Source: an uncultured Gammaproteobacteria bacterium
Lineage (GTDB): Bacteria; Patescibacteriota; Microgenomatia; UBA10105; UBA927
Assembly (NCBI GenBank): GCA_964573695.1
Contig: CAZNKB010000004.1
Span: 78,214 to 142,213 of the forward strand
Direction: 5' to 3'
Length of the DNA stretch: 64,000 bases
Position numbers and translations under genes: made by a program. The notes beneath the pieces are model-generated. The model saw only the letters and a list, made by a program, of their open reading frames with translations. It made no database searches and was not told the origin of the DNA. Each line of letters opens with the position of its first letter. Position 1 is the first letter of the stretch. Below, piece after piece: positions 1-9,492 of the stretch.

Positions 1-54
1 GTTGTTTTCGGTAGTCTGATTTGCCATAATACAAACACAGCATTTTCTTCTTCT

Positions 55-2520
55 ATGACCTCCTCAAATTTTGAGAAAAATAACTTTAGTGAAACGGCTT
101 CGCCCTTAGCTCGTATTGAAGCTCAAAACGCGGTATTTATAGAACCCTTGCGGGAATACCTTGAATCGAATGGGTGCCGAGTGATAGTAAATCATGAGAC
201 AGATAGCGACCCGAGGTATCTTATCTGTGTCGGCGACACGGATTTCGTGAAATCTTTTTTTGAACAGAGAGATTCCGAAGGATCAAGAAAGCTTGCGGTA
301 ATCTATGAAGGGCACGAGGACGATCTGCGTGGACTAAGCAGCGAGAAAATTAAATTATATTTTGTAGACCCCAAGCCGCTTTCCGTTTCTGAAGTCCGGT
401 CTATATTTGCTTTTTTCTTCACTGAGCGAGCCCAAATCAAAAACAGCCGAAAAGAACCGGGCGTGGTCAAAAAGCATAGTGTAATCCCGACTGAACCACC
501 ACGTGAGCGCGAGACGTCAGAAGAGAAGCCCGTTATTGTCAGCGACAAGAAGCGAATCGCCGAGACAATGCAGCATATTTTTCATTCAGATAACGCACCA
601 AAGATAAAACAATTTGCCATAAAAGGCCGAGGGTTCCAAATGGTTGGTTTTTTACTCCTCGCCATAATTACCCCCATATTCCTTTATGGTCTGTCGGTCA
701 GTATTGGCATCGGGTTATTGGCGGCAAGCAGCAAGACTCTTATAAAAGGAGAGACAGCGTGGACGAAGACATTGTTGGGTTACAGTAGTTCTTATATACG
801 AGCTGCACGGACGATACTGCATTTGGGCAGCCCGGCGTTTTCCCTTGTTGGGCAGACAGGACCGATAGAAGATCAAGATAGATTTCTCTCTATATTAGAT
901 GACCTTTCTAAGGTTGAGTCTGGCGTCTTAACTATTTTTGCCAAAAGTAAGATTATTGCCGGTGGCATATTGTTTCCGCAAGATAAGTCAATGCAGGCAG
1001 GTCTTGTTGAAGTAACGGAATTATCGAGTGAGGTTTCCCGTGTCTCACAGCATCTGGCTCTTGTCTCAGCACAGCTTGACTCATTGCTCGGGAGTAGGCG
1101 TTTCCCCTTTAACACGGGAACGGTTTCTCGGCTGACCCAAAGAGGAATAACAGAACTTTCGAAAGTAAGAGAAATAGTAGGATATACGGAAAAGATTCTT
1201 GCGCTTTATCCGAGAATCGGCGGGTTTAGAAGAAAGCAAACATACTTGGTGTTATTGCAAAACAGTATGGAATTGCGTCCGACGGGAGGGTTTATCGGTA
1301 GTCTATTGTTGGTAAGCTTTCAAGATGGGAAAGTTGAGACAATGGATGTTCAGGATGTTTACACAGCCGACGGGCAGTTGAAAGGGCACGTGGATCCTCC
1401 TTTGGCAATACGGGAAATTTTAGGCCAGGAACATTGGTATTTGCGTGATAGTAATTGGGATCCTGATTTTGAGGTAAGCGGCGCGCGCGCGGCGTGGTTC
1501 TATGAAAAAGAAATGGGTGTAAAAGTCGATGGGGTTATAGCTTTGAGTTTGCCAATGGTTACAAAACTACTTACGGTGACCGGTCCCATTGAATTGTTGG
1601 ATTTTAACGAGCGGATTTCGGCGAGTAATTTCTTCGCTAAGTCCCTTTTGTATACGGAGACGGACTTTTTTCCAGGTAGTACACGAAAAAAAGATTTCCT
1701 TGGTGCATTGACCAACGCGCTGCTGACCAGAATTACGACGGACAGGTCATTATCGGCAGGGTCGCTGCTTCATGTGATAACGGACGCGATCCAATCCAGG
1801 GATATTCAGTTTTATTTTGTTGATTCCCAATTGCAGTCTCTTATTACACAGTGGAATTGGGGTGGGGAAGTGGTATTGGATGCATGCGACGTTGTGGCCC
1901 AGCAGATTCCTTGTATGGGTGACGGGTTGTCTCTTGTAGAGGCGAATCTCGGCGTCAATAAAACGAATTTCTTTATTACCCGTGAGGCGCTATCACAAAT
2001 TACTATTGACCCAGACGGGACGCTTGAGCATGCCTTGACCCTTAAAATTGAAAATTCTGCCCCCAAGCTCACCGACGGCACAGGCGCTTATCAATTATAT
2101 ATGCGTCTGCTCGTGCCTCTTGCAGCTCAGGTTCGTGAAGTTAGTATAGACGGTGCGATAGTTCCCACTCGGAGTATGTCCGAGGTGGCGCCACCACCGG
2201 CGCCTTACTGGTACGAAGTTGAGGGAAAGACGTATAAGACGGTTCATATCCCCATAATAGTGCTCCCAAGACAAACGAAACAGCTTGCATTGTCATGGAA
2301 AATGTATGGAGCGCTGGCTTTTGACGTATCCTCGCTGTATCAATTAAACATCCGTAAACAGTCGGGGGTCTCCGAAGTGCCCTGGCACATAATACTTCGA
2401 TATCCGGATGCCTGGAGCTCATCAGGAGAAGGTGGTGTTGCAAAAGGGTCTGTCCTTGAGTACAATACAACTCTTACCAAAGACACTAAGGTGAGAGTAC
2501 TCTTTCAAAAGAACTTATGA
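55..2520 (+). CDS. DUF4012 domain membrane-anchored protein
   Basis: 821 aa ORF; TM segment near aa 195-225; motifs YLVLLQNSMELRPTGGFIGS and RDSNWDPDF typical of DUF4012. Confidence 0.8.
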   Translation: MTSSNFEKNNFSETASPLARIEAQNAVFIEPLREYLESNGCRVIVNHETDSDPRYLICVGDTDFVKSFFEQRDSEGSRKLAVIYEGHEDDLRGLSSEKIKLYFVDPKPLSVSEVRSIFAFFFTERAQIKNSRKEPGVVKKHSVIPTEPPRERETSEEKPVIVSDKKRIAETMQHIFHSDNAPKIKQFAIKGRGFQMVGFLLLAIITPIFLYGLSVSIGIGLLAASSKTLIKGETAWTKTLLGYSSSYIRAARTILHLGSPAFSLVGQTGPIEDQDRFLSILDDLSKVESGVLTIFAKSKIIAGGILFPQDKSMQAGLVEVTELSSEVSRVSQHLALVSAQLDSLLGSRRFPFNTGTVSRLTQRGITELSKVREIVGYTEKILALYPRIGGFRRKQTYLVLLQNSMELRPTGGFIGSLLLVSFQDGKVETMDVQDVYTADGQLKGHVDPPLAIREILGQEHWYLRDSNWDPDFEVSGARAAWFYEKEMGVKVDGVIALSLPMVTKLLTVTGPIELLDFNERISASNFFAKSLLYTETDFFPGSTRKKDFLGALTNALLTRITTDRSLSAGSLLHVITDAIQSRDIQFYFVDSQLQSLITQWNWGGEVVLDACDVVAQQIPCMGDGLSLVEANLGVNKTNFFITREALSQITIDPDGTLEHALTLKIENSAPKLTDGTGAYQLYMRLLVPLAAQVREVSIDGAIVPTRSMSEVAPPPAPYWYEVEGKTYKTVHIPIIVLPRQTKQLALSWKMYGALAFDVSSLYQLNIRKQSGVSEVPWHIILRYPDAWSSSGEGGVAKGSVLEYNTTLTKDTKVRVLFQKNL

Positions 2521-3224
2521 AAAAATACACGCTGAAAGCAACAAAACGGGAAGACGTCGGTCGGAAAGTCAAAAAGTTACGACTTGAAGGTAAGCTCCCG
2601 GCAACTGTATATGGAAAAAAACTCACGAGCGAAAATCTGATAGTTTCCACGGTTGAGTTTACAAAAGTTTTTTCAACTGCCGGAGAGACGGGGCTTATCG
2701 AGTTGGAAATTGACGGAAAAGTAAAGCCGGTGCTTATTCATCATGTCCAGAAGGACCCGGTAAAGGAAGCACTGCTTCATGTTGAATTTCACCAGGTGGA
2801 TTTGAAGGAAAAGGTGCACGCAAGCGTGCCGTTGGTTTTGGTCGGCGAATCTCCTGTGGTCGCGCAAAAAGCGGGAGTCGTGTTGAATTTGCTGTCTGAC
2901 GTTGAGGTGGAAGCGCTTCCTACTGACTTGCCTGAAAAAATAGAGGTTGACGTCACTATACTAAATGAAGTTGGTCAGGAATTAAAAGTTTCTGATCTTC
3001 GTTTTCCCCAGGGTGTCACTGTTGTAACTGAAGGAACGGTTGGTGTGGTCAAGGTTGGCGCGCTTGTGAGTAAAGCGGCAGAGGAGCAGGCAGCTCAAGA
3101 GGCAGCAGCGGCATCGACAGCCACCGAAGAAGCAGGTGCGGCTGTAGCAGAAGGAGCTGAAGAATCACAGGAGTCTGTGTCAGAAAAGCCGGCCGACGAA
3201 GAAAAGAAGTCTGACGCGAAATAA
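2517..3224 (+). CDS. rplY: 50S ribosomal protein L25 (Ctc/TL5 long form)
   Basis: KKLRLEGKLPATVYG, LLHVEFHQV, EVEALPTDLPEKIEVDV; acidic tail. Confidence 0.95.
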   Translation: MKKYTLKATKREDVGRKVKKLRLEGKLPATVYGKKLTSENLIVSTVEFTKVFSTAGETGLIELEIDGKVKPVLIHHVQKDPVKEALLHVEFHQVDLKEKVHASVPLVLVGESPVVAQKAGVVLNLLSDVEVEALPTDLPEKIEVDVTILNEVGQELKVSDLRFPQGVTVVTEGTVGVVKVGALVSKAAEEQAAQEAAAASTATEEAGAAVAEGAEESQESVSEKPADEEKKSDAK

Positions 3225-3305
3225 AATTCGGCAGACCAAATTCCCGATTTTAACGTATATTGCCTTCCCCTGTATTGAAAAGGTATCCCACACTGCTTGG
3301 GGGTA

Positions 3306-3809
3306 TCATTTGTTTTTGAGAAGTTCTTCCAGTTTCGTAATTTCAGGGTAGTTGGGGTCTATGGTTTTAACTTTGTCCAGGTATTTTTTTGCCTCCGTCG
3401 TATCACCCAGTTGGTACGAAAGAAGAGCAGCCATATAGAATCCATCGCGATAGTCAGGGTGATCTTGAACGACGGTCTGCCAGTAGGCATATTGATTTTT
3501 GATTTCATCAAGCGAGACTGTCTCTATTTGGGTGGCATCTGTAAGACCTAAAACAGCCGTATTATCCAAAGGGGGAATGTGAAGGAGACGCGTAACTGAT
3601 GAGAACGCCTGCGCAAGAGATGTGGGTTGAATAACCTCCACATTGGAGTACACGAATATTCCAAGAGCTATCCATAACAGGGTATGTCCCAACATTGAGA
3701 CGTATCGGTTTTTGATTGCTGCGGAAAAAAAACGGGGATAGTGCGGTAATTCCATAACCCGGCGGAATGCATTGCTCACTATATGGAAAAATGATTCATG
3801 CTTACTCAT
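3306..3809 (-). CDS. Membrane-anchored TPR-repeat protein
   Basis: TM segment, then TPR-like HPDYRDGFYMAALLSYQLGDTTEAKKYLDKVKTIDPN. Confidence 0.65.
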   Translation of the reverse strand: MSKHESFFHIVSNAFRRVMELPHYPRFFSAAIKNRYVSMLGHTLLWIALGIFVYSNVEVIQPTSLAQAFSSVTRLLHIPPLDNTAVLGLTDATQIETVSLDEIKNQYAYWQTVVQDHPDYRDGFYMAALLSYQLGDTTEAKKYLDKVKTIDPNYPEITKLEELLKNK

Positions 3810-3986
3810 ACTGCCTTACGGCAGTATAGTATGGAAGACCAGGATATGACAAGCGTGATTAGTGTGGCCGTCGTGTTCCCGTGAATTATTCGTCTCGGTG
3901 CGTCACCGACTCTTGAACAGTCGAAGCGTCTGTGATATTCTCCGTTGGTATAACGCTCGCGAATTACGCGACACATTTATAAATTT

Positions 3987-4640
3987 ATGCCAAAAAAAAT
4001 AATCGCAAAAAAGACGGTTGTTCAGGTTCCTCCGCAGTTTGAGTCCGCGTTACCGATGCAATCTCATAAACCTTTCCTTACCTGGAAGTGGATAGTGATC
4101 GGACTCGTCGTTTTGTTTGCAGTCCTTCTTGCAGCAAACAAAGGATTGGTACTTGCAGCGGTTGTTAACGGCAAGCCGATATTCAGTTGGCAACTTAACC
4201 ACACGTTGCGGACCAGATATGGCCAACAAACATTAGAAGGGATGATCGGTGAAACCCTCATTGCCGGAGAGGCACAAAAGTCAGGAGTAACCGTGACTGG
4301 CGATGATATAGCCTCAAAACAGAAGGAAATCCTATCGAGCTTAGGAACAGAGGTAAATCTTGAGGACTTCTTGAAATTTCAGGGAATGACCGAGCAGGAT
4401 TTTAATCAGCAACTAAAAGTACAGCTTACCGTAGAAAAATTATTAACACGGGATTTGACTATTACGGAAGCGGATGTTGATAATTATATCGCGACCAACC
4501 GAGCACTTTTGACTGCTACGGATCCGGCGATGCTTCGCGAAGAGGCAAAGAAGGCCATTATAGGAAACGCAGTGAGTGAGAAATTACAGTCATGGTTTTT
4601 GGAACTTCGCCAGAAATCAAATGTCATGAAGTTTCTTTAA
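3987..4640 (+). CDS. SurA/PrsA N-terminal domain protein (foldase-like, no PPIase domain)
   Basis: TM anchor, AAVVNGKPI, YGQQTLEGMI..LI..EA.K.GVTVT, LQSWFLELRQKSNV. Confidence 0.75.
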   Translation: MPKKIIAKKTVVQVPPQFESALPMQSHKPFLTWKWIVIGLVVLFAVLLAANKGLVLAAVVNGKPIFSWQLNHTLRTRYGQQTLEGMIGETLIAGEAQKSGVTVTGDDIASKQKEILSSLGTEVNLEDFLKFQGMTEQDFNQQLKVQLTVEKLLTRDLTITEADVDNYIATNRALLTATDPAMLREEAKKAIIGNAVSEKLQSWFLELRQKSNVMKFL

Positions 4641-4643
4641 TAT

Positions 4644-4786
4644 ATGCCGGGTAGTAGAATTTCGACACGCTTTGCGTTCGTTGTCGGAATACTGGCTGCC
4701 CGAACATATTGTTTTGTTTATTAAATGAAAGGATTTTGAAACTAAGACGCGTAAAAAACAACGGTCGAAATTTCACAACCCGGTAT
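4644..4786 (+). ncRNA. Unidentified structured leader element, copy 1
   Basis: Terminal arms ATGCCGGGTAGTAGAATTTCGAC / GTCGAAATTTCACAACCCGGTAT pair; inner CGTTGT/ACAACG; homologous to 62798-62943 with compensatory changes. Confidence 0.7.
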
Positions 4787-5039
4787 GATGCCTTGGTATT
4801 TGGGAAATAGCCGGCTAGATTTCAGTCAACTTTGGGGGTTGGGATTCGTTATTCTTGCCATATGGAGCCTCGTTTGGTCCGCAGTTGCATTATGGCACAG
4901 CGCGAGACGAGAAGATAAAGTTTGGTTTGTCGTTTTTTTGCTTGTTCACACCATGGGTATTTTGGAATTTGTATACCTTATGTTTGTGGCAAAGATTTTT
5001 ACCGCGCCTTCCAAAAGCCATTCGCGACGCCGGAAATAA
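4785..5039 (+). CDS. DUF5652-like small membrane protein
   Basis: WSLVWSAVALWHSARREDKVWFVVFLLVHTMGILEFVYL pattern. Confidence 0.75.
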   Translation: MMPWYLGNSRLDFSQLWGLGFVILAIWSLVWSAVALWHSARREDKVWFVVFLLVHTMGILEFVYLMFVAKIFTAPSKSHSRRRK

Positions 5040-5080
5040 AACTCCCGTACAAGTAGGATTCCACCTGCTGGGAATATTCT

Positions 5081-6145
5081 ATGACCACTTGGCAATTATT
5101 AAAAAGAAATCCCAAACTCTGGCAGCGATATTTTGTCCGTGAAAAAGTACTTCGCGCGATAAGATTATTTTTTGAGGGCAGGCAATTTCATGAGATAGAA
5201 ACCCCAATATTAATTGCGAGACCTCCCGCGGAGAGTTATCTCGATGTATTTGAAACGACACTCTTCGACCGCAATCGAAAAGCCAAACAGGCGTATCTCT
5301 CAACCTCTCCTGAGGTGCCACTCAAAAAACTTATGGTAGCGGGTCTTGGTAACTGTTTTGCGCTTACCAAAAGTTTCCGAAACATGGAAACACAGAGCTC
5401 GCTTCACAATCCGGAATTTACCATCCTTGAATGGTATCGGATTGGCGTGGATTATCACGAGATCATGAAGGACTGCGAGGAATTATTTTTGTTTATCAAC
5501 ACATACTTACAGCGAACCGGTGAAAATACCAAAACGGTAGAGCCACACGCGCTTAATTATTTGGGTAAACAGATACAGATTGGCGCTCCATGGGAGCGGC
5601 TCACTGTTTCACAAGCTTTCAGCAAATGGGCAAACATTAACTTTGACGAATTTTTAGACATGAAAAATGCAAGACAGATAGCACAAAAAAAAGGGTACCG
5701 TATCGAGAAGAAAAATACCTGGGAAGAAATATATAATCAGATTTTCTTAAATGAGGTAGAGCCTCATCTCGGGAGGGGAACACCAACTATTCTGTATGAA
5801 TTCCCCGGTGTCATGGGAGCGCTCGCCCGAAGAAAAAAAGCCGATCCGAGATTTGCGGAACGATTTGAATTTTATATAGAAGGCCTGGAGTTAGGAGATT
5901 GTTATAGTGAGCTGACGGATTGGAAAGAACAGCAGGAGCGTTTTGAAAATGAACTTAAGGAAATTAAGAGACTTGGAAAAACTATATACGATTATGATCA
6001 CGATTTTATCGAAGCGTTAAAAATCGGTTTACCTGACTGTAGCGGTATTGCAGTTGGCGTTGATCGTCTTGTCATGTTGTTTGCCAACGCAAAAACGATT
6101 TCTGAAACGTTACTGTTTCCCGGCGAAGAACTATTTGCCGTATGA
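5081..6145 (+). CDS. epmA: EF-P lysine aminoacylase EpmA (GenX/PoxA)
   Basis: LysRS-catalytic-only paralog: YLSTSPE, FRN.E....HNPEFTILEWY, AERFEFYIEGLELG, GLPDCSGIAVGVDRL; near efp. Confidence 0.9.
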   Translation: MTTWQLLKRNPKLWQRYFVREKVLRAIRLFFEGRQFHEIETPILIARPPAESYLDVFETTLFDRNRKAKQAYLSTSPEVPLKKLMVAGLGNCFALTKSFRNMETQSSLHNPEFTILEWYRIGVDYHEIMKDCEELFLFINTYLQRTGENTKTVEPHALNYLGKQIQIGAPWERLTVSQAFSKWANINFDEFLDMKNARQIAQKKGYRIEKKNTWEEIYNQIFLNEVEPHLGRGTPTILYEFPGVMGALARRKKADPRFAERFEFYIEGLELGDCYSELTDWKEQQERFENELKEIKRLGKTIYDYDHDFIEALKIGLPDCSGIAVGVDRLVMLFANAKTISETLLFPGEELFAV

Positions 6146-6600
6146 TGATACGACTCGCGACGATTCATGACCGTGATAAGGTGCTTCACCTGCTCAACCA
6201 GCTCGGCGAAATTGTAAATGAACGTGTTCACTTTGACCCGGATAATGTCCGCGCGCACGAGCTCGGGAGAAAAAATTACGAAGAAGCAGTTTCACGGGCC
6301 GACCGAAGAGTATTTGTTGTTGATGACCAAGGCGTTATTATCGGGGTGGCTACGTTTTTTATCCTTACCGATTTTATTACCGGAAAACAATTTGCACACA
6401 TAGATGATTTCGTTGTGGACAAGAAACGGCGTAAATCGGGAATAGGGTCACAACTTCTTGAGTTTATAAAGACGTATGCGAGGTCCATGGGAATAGTTTC
6501 TATAGAGATTACTTCAAGTTTACCCCTGACTGAAGCGCATGAGTTTTACGAAAAGCGGGGCGGCGTATTCGCGCGGAAAGTCATCAAGTTTGCTCTCTAA
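6142..6600 (+). CDS. GNAT family N-acetyltransferase
   Basis: HIDDFVVDKKRRKSGIGSQLL acetyl-CoA motif; AHEFYEKRG. Confidence 0.85.
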   Translation: MMIRLATIHDRDKVLHLLNQLGEIVNERVHFDPDNVRAHELGRKNYEEAVSRADRRVFVVDDQGVIIGVATFFILTDFITGKQFAHIDDFVVDKKRRKSGIGSQLLEFIKTYARSMGIVSIEITSSLPLTEAHEFYEKRGGVFARKVIKFAL

Positions 6601-6660
6601 TATTGCCATTTCCATGAACTCATGGGATAATTAAACCCCCGAATAACGAGGGGTTTATTT

Positions 6661-7224
6661 ATGGCAAAGATTACAACAGCACAATTCAAAAAGGGAAATT
6701 TTATCGAGTTCCGTAACGAACCCAACCAAATCATGGATTTTCAGTTTGTGAATCCAGGAAAAGGTAGCGCATTCGTGAGGGCGAAATTGAAGAGCTTAAA
6801 AAGCGGCAAGGTTATAGAATTTACATATAAATCCGGAGAGACGGTGGAAGAACTTCCTATTAATACGCGCGAGATGCAATTCTTATATAAGGAGGGTGAA
6901 GCGTACGTGTTCATGGATAATTTTAGTTATGAGCAATACAATATTTCTGAAGGATTACTCGAAGGCTTTATAAAATATTTGAAGGCGAATGATACCTATC
7001 AGGTGCTGGTGTTTGGTGAAGATGCCGTAGGAATCCGTTTCCCTAAGAAAGTCTGGCTGAAGGTAACGGAGGCCGATGACGGAGCAAAGGGGAATACCGC
7101 TACGGGAGCCACCAAAACAGTCGTTGTAGAAACCGGGGCCGTTATTACCGTGCCGCTGTTTATTAAGGAAGGGGACACTATCGGCATCGACCCCGAGACG
7201 GCGACCTATTTGGAAAGAGGGTAA
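6661..7224 (+). CDS. efp: Elongation factor P
   Basis: NPGKGSAFVRAKLK loop, GAKGNTA, ETGAVITVPLFIKEGD. Confidence 0.97.
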   Translation: MAKITTAQFKKGNFIEFRNEPNQIMDFQFVNPGKGSAFVRAKLKSLKSGKVIEFTYKSGETVEELPINTREMQFLYKEGEAYVFMDNFSYEQYNISEGLLEGFIKYLKANDTYQVLVFGEDAVGIRFPKKVWLKVTEADDGAKGNTATGATKTVVVETGAVITVPLFIKEGDTIGIDPETATYLERG

Positions 7225-7245
7225 AAATTTCTGTATACTGGGTTT

Positions 7246-8448
7246 ATGCCCATACGTCCGACGAAGTGGTTTGTTAGCTTTGTGCACTCCATAATTTCAC
7301 GCCCTCAAATCCCGCTTCTATCGTTGGCTTTTGTCATTGTGATAGGGGTATGTCTTTTTGCAATCTCCGTTTTCCAGGGGAAAAGCACTATGCTCGTTGT
7401 GGAAAAAACTCAGGCGGAAATAGAGATAAACAGATTACGAAACGAATTATATACAGTAAGAAGTGAGGACCAGTTTGTGCGCAATGAGCAACTCACCTCG
7501 GAGATTTCCAATATACAGGAAACATATAGTCAGGCAGTCAAAACCTACGAGGATCTTATTGACCTGCGCGCCGTAACGAAGGATACCGGGAAGCTTGAGG
7601 AGCAGTTAGCGGGAAGTCTTTCGTTGTTATCCAAGCGTCAGTGGTCCACGGCTTCAGCGGAATTAGTCGCTTTGTCGAAAAACATATTGGCGTTACGAGA
7701 AAAAATTGCAGCGAGTTTCGTGATCCCGGCAAACGTTCCGGAAAGCAATTTGCCTCCTTCATCGGGATTTAGTAGACAGGTTGTAAAAACAGACGTCGGG
7801 ACTTACCTGGTCGATATTGTAGCGGCTGATATGGGGTCAACGCGTGTCATCGTAGACACCGCTTCTGACGCGACCTGTGCCAAGGATTGCCCCGCGTTGT
7901 CACTTGGTGATTATGTCAGCCGTAGTGGGGCATTCGCCGGGATTAACGGGTCATATTTTTGTCCGGCCGATTATCCAAGTTGCGCTGAGAAAAAGAATTC
8001 ATTTGATACGCTACTTATGAATAAGAACAAAGTATATTTTAACTCGGATAACAACGTCTATAGCACCGTCCCTGCTGTCATATTTCTGTCCGGCTCGATG
8101 CGGTTTGTGGGTCGGTCACAGGATTGGGGAAGAGATACGAGTCCTGACGGGGTGCTGGCGATGCAGCCACTTCTTTTGTCGGGAGGAAATAATAATTTCG
8201 GCGGAGACGGGGATCCCAAGAAGGGAAGCAAAGGGAACCGAAGTTTTGTAGGGAATAAAGGTTCGACTGCATATATCGGAGTGGTGCATAGCGCGTCCGT
8301 TGCCGAGGTAGCATATGTGTTAAAAGCGCTTGGGTTAGAAAATGCCCTTAACTTAGATAGCGGTGGTTCAACTGCTCTTTGGAGCGGGGGATATAAAGTC
8401 GGTCCGGGACGCAATATTCCTAACGCTATCCTTTTTGTAAAAAGATAG
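7246..8448 (+). CDS. Phosphodiester glycosidase (NAGPA/DUF2233) family protein with N-terminal TM and coiled coil
   Basis: AGINGSYF, ALNLDSGGST, GRNIPNAILF. Confidence 0.8.
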   Translation: MPIRPTKWFVSFVHSIISRPQIPLLSLAFVIVIGVCLFAISVFQGKSTMLVVEKTQAEIEINRLRNELYTVRSEDQFVRNEQLTSEISNIQETYSQAVKTYEDLIDLRAVTKDTGKLEEQLAGSLSLLSKRQWSTASAELVALSKNILALREKIAASFVIPANVPESNLPPSSGFSRQVVKTDVGTYLVDIVAADMGSTRVIVDTASDATCAKDCPALSLGDYVSRSGAFAGINGSYFCPADYPSCAEKKNSFDTLLMNKNKVYFNSDNNVYSTVPAVIFLSGSMRFVGRSQDWGRDTSPDGVLAMQPLLLSGGNNNFGGDGDPKKGSKGNRSFVGNKGSTAYIGVVHSASVAEVAYVLKALGLENALNLDSGGSTALWSGGYKVGPGRNIPNAILFVKR

Positions 8449-8514
8449 TGATTCCCCTTTGGGATACCGTTTATATATCTTGAAACGTATTTGAAACAAT
8501 GAAACAATACCGTT

Positions 8515-9492
8515 ATGACAGATGATCCTGCGAAACAAGATCCGCTGCACCCCCCCCTCCCTGTTGAGGAAACTCCAATTATCGATCCTGTTTCAGATGA
8601 GGTAACTTCACAACAAGAAGAACCGAAAGTTGAACAGAACATCGATGAGCGAGAAGATGTCATACCAGAGGCGTCTCGGGTGTTTGAGCCTGATCCGGTA
8701 ACAATGACTGAAGTCCCCCCGCAAACTCCCGTGACTCTTCCACCCGTTCGTACCAAGGGAGGAAATCATTTTGGAACAGTGCTTTTTATTGTCCTGTTGT
8801 TCGGACTTGGCGTGTGGTTAAGTAGTCAGTTCCGATCTTTTTTTGCCCCGACATTTCCAAATGAGGCGGTGACACCCACAAAGCCGGCAGCAGAAAATAG
8901 TCCGGTGGGTTTGCCCGAATCAACTTCCTCAGCCGCAGTACCATTACCGGCATGGCTTACCTATGACGTTATCAATGGCTCGACAAAAAAACCGGTTACG
9001 GGAGTAACGTATAAATTACCAAGCAGTGTAAAAGCGCCGACTTGTGATAGTCAAAGCTGCGCGTCACAGGGTACCAATTTGCCCGGCGGAACTCGCTTTA
9101 CTGTAGCTCCGCGCGGAAAGGGCCAGTCGTTGCCGGATTTTCGAGGAGCAATACTTACCGATGCGTCCGGGCGTGAATTTAGTATGAAACAAGGTGTTTT
9201 TGGTGGTGCGTATGCTTATGAGTATACAGGGAACTTTACCGGAAGAACCGGGGGAGGGTACACGTTCACGGCAATTCGAGGTGTACTCATGCCAGTGTCT
9301 GAGACGTTGGCCATAGAGTTTAACCATTTCGCGCCGGCAGGGGTGACATCCGATTTTGAGAAGGATGATGTATTATTTGACGAAATAATCGCATCGTTTT
9401 CCATTGCGGGTGGTCCGGTAGCGAGCCCGACGGCCCGGCCGACTACAAGTACTCCTTTGTCGACTCCGGTTGCGACATCTTCAGGAAACTAG
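8515..9492 (+). CDS. Hypothetical single-pass membrane protein with Pro/Glu-rich N-terminus
   Basis: 325 aa ORF; TM near aa 86-105; Pro/Thr-rich linkers. Confidence 0.65.
   Translation: MTDDPAKQDPLHPPLPVEETPIIDPVSDEVTSQQEEPKVEQNIDEREDVIPEASRVFEPDPVTMTEVPPQTPVTLPPVRTKGGNHFGTVLFIVLLFGLGVWLSSQFRSFFAPTFPNEAVTPTKPAAENSPVGLPESTSSAAVPLPAWLTYDVINGSTKKPVTGVTYKLPSSVKAPTCDSQSCASQGTNLPGGTRFTVAPRGKGQSLPDFRGAILTDASGREFSMKQGVFGGAYAYEYTGNFTGRTGGGYTFTAIRGVLMPVSETLAIEFNHFAPAGVTSDFEKDDVLFDEIIASFSIAGGPVASPTARPTTSTPLSTPVATSSGN

Noticed and set aside
4644-4786. 6S RNA, SRP RNA or RNase P identity for the repeated element
   Set aside because: Lacks the SRP GGAA loop motif and RNase P P4 consensus; two dispersed copies abutting start codons do not fit a single-copy housekeeping RNA, though an Rfam scan is needed to exclude 6S formally
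6632-6657. Hairpin occluding the efp ribosome-binding site
   Set aside because: The predicted start from TTGCCA-17-GATAAT falls inside the 5' arm, so a regulatory role is unsupported; it may simply terminate the upstream genes
8058-8756. Long antisense and alternate-frame ORFs (also 48491-49144, 52710-53333, 43863-45355)
   Set aside because: They overlap well-supported genes and show no protein-family motifs; treated as shadow ORFs
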